From Oikopleura dioica (lineage: Eukaryota; Animalia; Chordata), in contig OU015566.1 in the NCBI GenBank assembly GCA_907165135.1, positions 2,914,001 through 2,978,000 on the forward strand: a stretch of 64,000 bases of DNA, given 5' to 3'. Position numbers and translations under genes: made by a program. Positions 57,835 through 64,000 of this stretch are shown here, piece by piece; the first letter of the stretch is position 1, and each line of letters starts with the position of its first letter. The notes under the pieces were generated by a model that worked only from the letters and a program-made list of their open reading frames with translations, searched no databases and was not told where the DNA came from.

Positions 57835-60800
57835 CTACATTTGAGGCGATGTTATTGCCAAACATCTTTCGTCTTCATGTGTCTTACTGTACTTCAAAAG
57901 ACTCGTATTTGGCGATTTTCCGGAGCCTTTTCGGAAGAAATTTTTCAATCCAAAGAACTAGAAAATTATCATTCAGGGAAAAACTCCTTCAAAACAGACC
58001 TTTTTCTGATTCAAAGCAGATTTTTGAATGATGAGTTTTGCTCGTGAGCGTGACTGTGAGCTGATGAAGGAATAAATGATAGGATTGAGAGCGTCGTTGA
58101 GGAAAATGAGGCCTTGGATTTGGATAAAAACGTATTGAACTCATTAATAACTAGTATGTCTGACCTAATTCTGTCGAGAGCCAGGAGCTGATGGGGTTTA
58201 ATCTAACTCAATTTTAATGTCTTTTTATTAAATATATCTTCATTGTTATCCTTGACATAAGTCAATCGCCCGAGAAGGACGCAGCTTCTTTCGCTCATAA
58301 ACTTATTCTCGGTCAATTTCATCAAGTTATAAATGTGAAGCGGAGTCCAGCAAATCACAAACGTCACAACAGTCACTCCCACCAAATACATCACTCGAAT
58401 TGTCTTGCCTTTTCCATTTTTTGAAATATTCTGAAAAATTTTTTTTTTAATTATTTTGATTTTTTTCGATAATTTTTACCTGCATGTACGCTTCCTGTCT
58501 TCTGATGAAGTAGATGATTCTAGAGTAGCAAAACATGATCACTGTAAAGGGCGAAACAAAGCCGCCGAGGAATATTGAAATGTAATATCGTTTGTACATA
58601 TTTGAGTCCGACTGTTATCGGATATTTATAAGCATATTGAAAAAAACGGGTAAAACCAATTTTTGGAAAATTTAATTTTGGAGAAGTTAGTAGACTCTAC
58701 TAAGTAGAGAAACGATTAGTGAGGATAAAATAATTTAGGAACAAATAGTGGGGATAAAACTATTTTGAAACGAGTAATTTGGGAAGAACTAATTTTTGAA
58801 ATGATTTTATGGAAAAGGGTTTTGATTGGCCGGTAGGCCAAATACGGCAATCTTATTGGTCATCCAAAAATGGATCCTAGAGATTTGGATTTCCAATATA
58901 AGTCGGTCCTAGATTATTTTTTAAAAATTAATCGTTTAAAAATTCAATTTTCCTAAATTAATCGTTTCAAAATTCATTTCTCCAAAATTAAATTTTCCGA
59001 AAATTGGTTTAGACCAAAAAAACAACCATAAAAAGTCCCTTTCATTTTCTTTAAATATCCAGTCTTGTGGCAATAACCAATGGATTCCCAGTCTAATTCA
59101 GAGCCATTTGTTACCTTTGAGTTCGAATTCAAATCTGGAAAGCGGACGACACAATCCTTAGTGACCGAATCGTATTGAGAAAAGATTATCATCGGTAGGG
59201 CAAAAAGCGTCGCCAGCAAGAAGCAAGCTAAGCACTTGCGCCACGAAATACGGAGAACGCGATTGATGGTCGAATTCTGCGCAAAGCAGATGAGCCCAAA
59301 TCTGTCCAGTGAAAGAAGGGCCAGGATGAGGGTTGAGGCGAGGAAGGAGATGTAATCGTTGCTTCGGAGGATTTTGCAGCCAATTACGCCGATTGGAAGC
59401 TGCTTCTGGAAAAAAATTAAAGTCTACTTTTTTCTCGAAAACTTGCAACAAAATGAGACTGTCGAAAAAAAGACAGCTTCATTTTCTACTAAAAGATGTG
59501 ATCAAACTTTTTTGACATCTTTGCTTAATCAAACCTGTCCGAAAAAGTTCGCCCTGGTTGATTATGTGAGTCGCCATGGACAGGGTGATTGCGAGTGCAC
59601 TCGGCGGATTGTGAAAGAGAATAATCAGCAGACAATTAGTTTTTTAATTGAGCTCATTTTGAGGCATGATGAATGATTGGTAGCCTTGGCTACGGTTCTA
59701 ACTGTGGGTAAGCAGTTTTGTGGGTTGAAAAAAATGTTCGATTTGTAATTACCTGTTTTGGAATGAGAAGAAATGGTATCGAGAACAGGTGGAATAAATT
59801 CGCAACGGCCAGGGAGATTATGCCTTCAATACCAATTTAAATTAACCAAAAAAGGTTATGTTACTGTAGATTCTACAGTTAAACACCAGAACTTTCACTC
59901 TTCAACAGTATTTATAAAGACTCAAAATTAAAAATTTATAAGAATTCCGTCTCCAAGGAGGGGGTCGACGAGAATCGGGATTTTTTCAACCAAAATTCCG
60001 GAAAAACCAACTTTGAATGAAAAATTCTAATTGGTTAGGTGACTAGAAAAGGGTTTGAAAAATACATCGGCGAAAACTAGAAAAAATTTTGACCAGAAAA
60101 AATCGGCGTAATCGTGTCTCAAAGTGGACCCCAAATTGCAATTTTAGCAATTTTCCGATTTTTTTGCCATTTTTTTTCTGTCACATTTGGTAATGAAGTG
60201 CACAAAATTCCTGCGAAAACTCGTGAAACTCGTTGCCGCTGTATTCTAAATACCCTTCTCTTCTCACGTGATAAGTCAAAAAATATTTGCAAAATCGGGT
60301 TTTTCGGAAAAATTGGTTTAAAAATTCTGATTCTCGTCGACCCGCCCCTTAATAAAATAGGGGAATTCTTAGTTTTGTAATTATGCATACTTCCATGACT
60401 ACAAATGCATTATTATTTCTGATGAACAAAAAGTCGTACCGACTGTACTCCCTTTAAAAAAAGAAGCCGTCAGAGCAAATCAAATTCTTCAAACTAACGG
60501 CTCATGCTAAAGGTAGACATTAATTTAAGATTCATCAATTTGACGAAAACAGTTCAAATACGAAAAAACAGGTAGACAACATTGTTTGTGTTTACCTCGG
60601 GAAATACCTTTGGTAGAAGGATTTGCAGCGATACGGTCGTTTCCAAGGCTATTTAGGAGCAAAACGAAGAGGTTGCCAATGATTCCGATGAGAAAAGTTG
60701 TCGTGTAAAAGACGTCCTAAATTATCAAACTTGGAAAATTTTTTATCAAAACATATTATTACCAAAAGAACCCTTGTCGCTTCATTTTTCGTATTTCCGG

Positions 60801-60888
60801 TCGAAAATGTCTCTAGATAATCATCAATTTCGCCAGCAGAATAAAAACTATAATTCGAGTAATCAGACGAATAATCGTACTCCTCCAT
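57835..60888 (-). CDS. Class A (rhodopsin-like) GPCR, peptide-receptor-like
   Basis: Tyr/acid-rich N-terminus, GIIGNLFV (TM1), SLAVAN (TM2), GCK..SLDRF (TM3), FVSPF.VI.FCY (TM5), FVICWTP (TM6), LNPIIY (TM7). Confidence 0.88.
59957..60348. mobile_element. Kolobok-type MITE of the 2197-2754 family, inverted, in a GPCR intron
   Basis: Left end GGAGGGGGTCGACGAGAATCGG is the exact reverse complement of the 2733-2754 end. Right end TTCTCGTCGACCCGCCCC + TTAA. Confidence 0.8.
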
Positions 60889-62114
60889 GATTTCACTGAT
60901 GCCAGTCCGGGATGCTTTCTTTGCGAAAGTTTTTTCGCGCGGTTTTATGATGGCCTTGCCCCAGGCGAGTTCAAATGCGTGCGCACGCGGGCGACACCAG
61001 TAGAAGGCGATAAATAGGTGTTTTTATTTTCAGAAGAGGAGATTTATTCATAGACGATAATTTCATTTGATGACGAACTGCCTGTCTCATTTCCTCTTCA
61101 GAATTAAATTAAAACGGTATGTTCTCATGGAACATGACTGAAAAACATCATCAACTTTTTATCAGTCAATTCACAATTCCGTATCTCAAACAATTATTCA
61201 ATAATCAGACTTTTTTTTTACAAAATTATCGCGAAAATTTTGAAAAAAATATATATATTTTTTTTTTCTAAAAAATGATTTAATAAGGGTTGAAATCATG
61301 AAGGCGACTTTTTCTGAAAAAATAGTTTTGTCAAAAAATTGTCGAAATTTAGTGTCAATGTGGAGCTGTAACGCGTGTTTCGTTATTTTCGTGAAAACAT
61401 CTTCCAATTTGCGGTTATTTTTGGAGAGATTTTCTTTCGAAAAAAATCTTTCTTGTTGGCTGAGCGTAAAATTATCCGCTCATCCCTACCAAATGTAAGC
61501 GAAGCTACCATTAGCGAGAGAGTGTTGGTTACTGTTACAGTAACCAGCAATCAGCCCTGCGTTTTCCTTCTTCCCTTATATTGACATTTTGGATGACCTA
61601 AGAAAACAGCGTTTGAAATTCAATGGCGAGCAAATTTCCGCGAAAATATTTTTCTAAGACACCCCGCTGCGGAAATGAGGAAGAAACGCGCCGCTCAATT
61701 TTCGTTTGATATTTTGAGTTCCAAATTCGCCTCCTGTCATTATTCTTGCAAAAGAGAGGGATTACTGTAACTAACCTTTAATTGAAAGATTGACAGATAT
61801 TAACCTTGAATGGAAGATGAGCGGTTTAGGTTTGTCTTCGTTACATAATATTACGTCACGTGATTAATTCATCAAGCAGATGCATCTTTGCATAGATAGA
61901 TCTTATACTTACAGTAGGCTCCGGGAAGAGTTACTTTGTAATATTGAAATATGCACAAGATCAGATTAGGCTTCTGACTCAACTTTTTTTACAAATATAA
62001 GAATTTTATTGAAATCAGACATAAGAAGCAGGCGTTTTTTCAAAGCTGGAAACAAGCTTGTATTTTATATTTTTCGCTAAAAGTTCTGCTCAGAATTTTT
62101 TTCAGTAAATCATT

Positions 62115-62524
62115 GATAATTTCAAAAAAAAAATTTGCGGGTCCGGAAATCATAAAAAATCTGAAAGTGCAGTTTTCTTCAGCTCGTTGAGACGAGTCGA
62201 ATGATGGGTCAAACTTTTGATGACTCCAATGATTAACCGGTTAGCCGGCAATTTCCCGGAAAATACATTTCCGGTCGCCGTTTTTGTTCTAGAAATGCTA
62301 GAATGACAAAAAAAGCGGGAAACTGGTCCTTGAAGTTAGTTTTTCTGTGGGTGAAAAAATGAGAATCATATCTCTAACCATAAGATGCTTATCACCAAAA
62401 TTCTATTTTCTTATGAAAATGGGACCGAAAATTAGGAAGGTGCAGCAACAACGAAATACATACAAAACTGCACTTTCAGAATTTTTACGATTTTCAGACC
62501 CGCAAAAATTTTTTTGAAATTATC
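62115..62524. mobile_element. Element with ~62-bp imperfect inverted repeats (MITE-like); may extend to about 62045-62696
   Basis: 62115-62176 is inverted at 62464-62524. A weaker outer pair GCTGGAAACAAG / CTTGTTCCAGC lies outside. Confidence 0.65.
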
Positions 62525-63037
62525 CATTACTTACATGAAGACGTTCTGCAATTTCTCGGGCAATACAGTATAAGAACAGTAACAAACAAACAAAACACTA
62601 GCCAAAGTCTTTTTCGAGGCTCGAAAATTTTCCGACAAGTATTAAAAAGTTGATTTTTGAGCCCAAAAATGAATATACAATAAACTTGTTCCAGCATCTC
62701 TGTTTTATACATTCTTTTTCAAAGCCTTTTTTCTCTTAAATAATTTGCGGATGTTTTTTTCTCGGACTTGCATCTTTTCCCGAGGGGTTCGATTAAGGCC
62801 GAAAATGTTGATTTATAATACATAAGGACGAGGTAATCATTATCGCCCCTAATGAACGTTCAGGGAATACTGTCACTGTCTGTTGCTCTGAACCGTTTTT
62901 TTTTTGCTTTTTTTATTGATTTTATTGCGAATGAAGACTTTTTCCTGCAAGAAAGACACCACAAGTAAGGGTAGAAAAAATAAGTTTATTAATTAAAAAA
63001 AATATTTTTGCCGTCATAAAAAAATATAAAAAATCAT

Positions 63038-63763
63038 TCAAAAATCATTACCTGATGCAGCAGGATCGAGAGAAGCAATTTGAAAGACCTCTTCTTGCTC
63101 ATCCGGAGAATTGATTGAAGCCAGGGTTCCTCCTTCTCCTTCGCAAACGCCAAGAGCAGTTTTCCACGGCTTCTCATCTCGCATCAGCAGGACGCATTTT
63201 TGGGAGCTCGGGATGAAGTGCCAGCCGTAGTCGCATTCTTCGTGAGGACTTGCAGTTGGAATCGTGCTTGGGTCCTGAATACCGATCATGAAAACGACGA
63301 AGACAGCGCTTCAGCCAATCAAAAGACAGTATGTCTAAGACAAGCCAATCAGAGGCCTCGCTTCATACCTTTGTCGTTGAAACAGTAACAGCTGGTCTCA
63401 TACAAATCGGATACTTTTTCAACCCTTGATTATCCTCCCCACAGGGGCAGTTTTTCCACAGACCATCATCGAGACCATCTCCTTTGATTTGCGCACAGAG
63501 CTTGTTCTGATCGGCCTGTGGATTTCCATCCCGCCAATTTGTAAAAGTAATTTGCTCTCCATCGTCCCAAAATTGCGGCTCATTCGGAGGGTATTGGTTC
63601 GTGTGTCCGCCAGAAGGTCCGAAAGTTATCCCCAGCCAGGAGTTGCCCATGATTCGTTTCATGACGAAAGCGTTTTCGTCTTCAGTCTGGATTTGAAGCA
63701 ATTTCGCGCCGAAGGATTCACAGTGAGCTACTGCGTCGTCTTTGAATGTCTACGAAATTGGCT
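63038..63763 (-). CDS. C-type lectin domain protein, 3' part (5' exons beyond the window)
   Basis: WLGI, FWDDG, FTNW..GNP, CAQI, GLWKNCPC, PIC, then a Thr/Pro linker and the N-terminal half of a second CTLD (CDYGW..C..W..A..C.GEGGTLASI). Confidence 0.85.
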
Positions 63764-63779
63764 CTAGAATTAACTTTAA

Positions 63780-64000
63780 GGGGGAGGTCGTCAATATCGG
63801 GGTTGCTCTTGACCAAAAAAGCGGGAAAACCTGATTGGATAGAAAAAAATCAAATTGTTAGGGGGAAAGAAAGGGTTGTAAAAACGTGACCGGCGCAATC
63901 GAGAAAAAATATTGGCCAGAAAAAATCGGTCAAAAATGCCGCCAAAGTAAGGCGATTTCGCGAAAATTCACCAAAAATGGTTATTTTTTTCACAAATTCC
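63780..64000. mobile_element. Left end of another Kolobok-type MITE (2197/59957 family), in a lectin intron, truncated by the window
   Basis: TTAA 63776-63779 + GGGGGAGGTCGTC. The internal sequence resembles 59975-60110. Confidence 0.65.

Noticed and set aside
59533-59702. Extra GPCR exon between TM2 and TM3
   Set aside because: It contains in-frame stops; direct splicing of IPKQ to KQLPIG gives a normal extracellular loop.
1-64000. CRISPR arrays, prokaryotic operons or defence systems, rRNA and tRNA genes
   Set aside because: The sequence is intron-rich eukaryotic DNA. I saw no regularly spaced repeat-spacer array and no recognisable rRNA or tRNA, though a covariance-model scan was not possible.

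Overview
Gene-dense, AT-rich eukaryotic DNA with many very short (~40-70 nt) introns, several with non-canonical GA-AG ends. This is typical of the appendicularian tunicate Oikopleura (species is my inference). I spliced the genes by eye. Recognisable genes: two claudin-family genes, three C-type lectins, an arylsulfatase, a choline-kinase-like protein with a signal peptide, glutaminase, a CBM14 chitin-binding protein, a DRAM/TMEM150-family protein, two tandem GLUT transporters (one with an in-frame stop), a CENP-B/pogo HTH protein, a Sushi-repeat protein, TMEM165, three heparan-sulfate 3-O-sulfotransferase-like genes, an SLC6 transporter, an FLVCR-like MFS transporter and a class A GPCR. Mobile DNA: a 3.75-kb TTAA-flanked Kolobok-like element with a nested MITE, plus many TTAA- and TA-flanked MITEs. 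The most notable observations, mostly missed or mis-read by the ORF track: (i) a four-member cluster of two-exon genes for signal-peptide-bearing, cationic, His-rich peptides interleaved with lectins (candidate host-defence peptide family); (ii) a claudin with two mutually exclusive 180-nt first exons that swap TM1/ECL1; (iii) a SUMO-like protein ending QTAS instead of QTGG; (iv) several orphan secreted peptides. Exon boundaries are manual predictions and no database searches were run.
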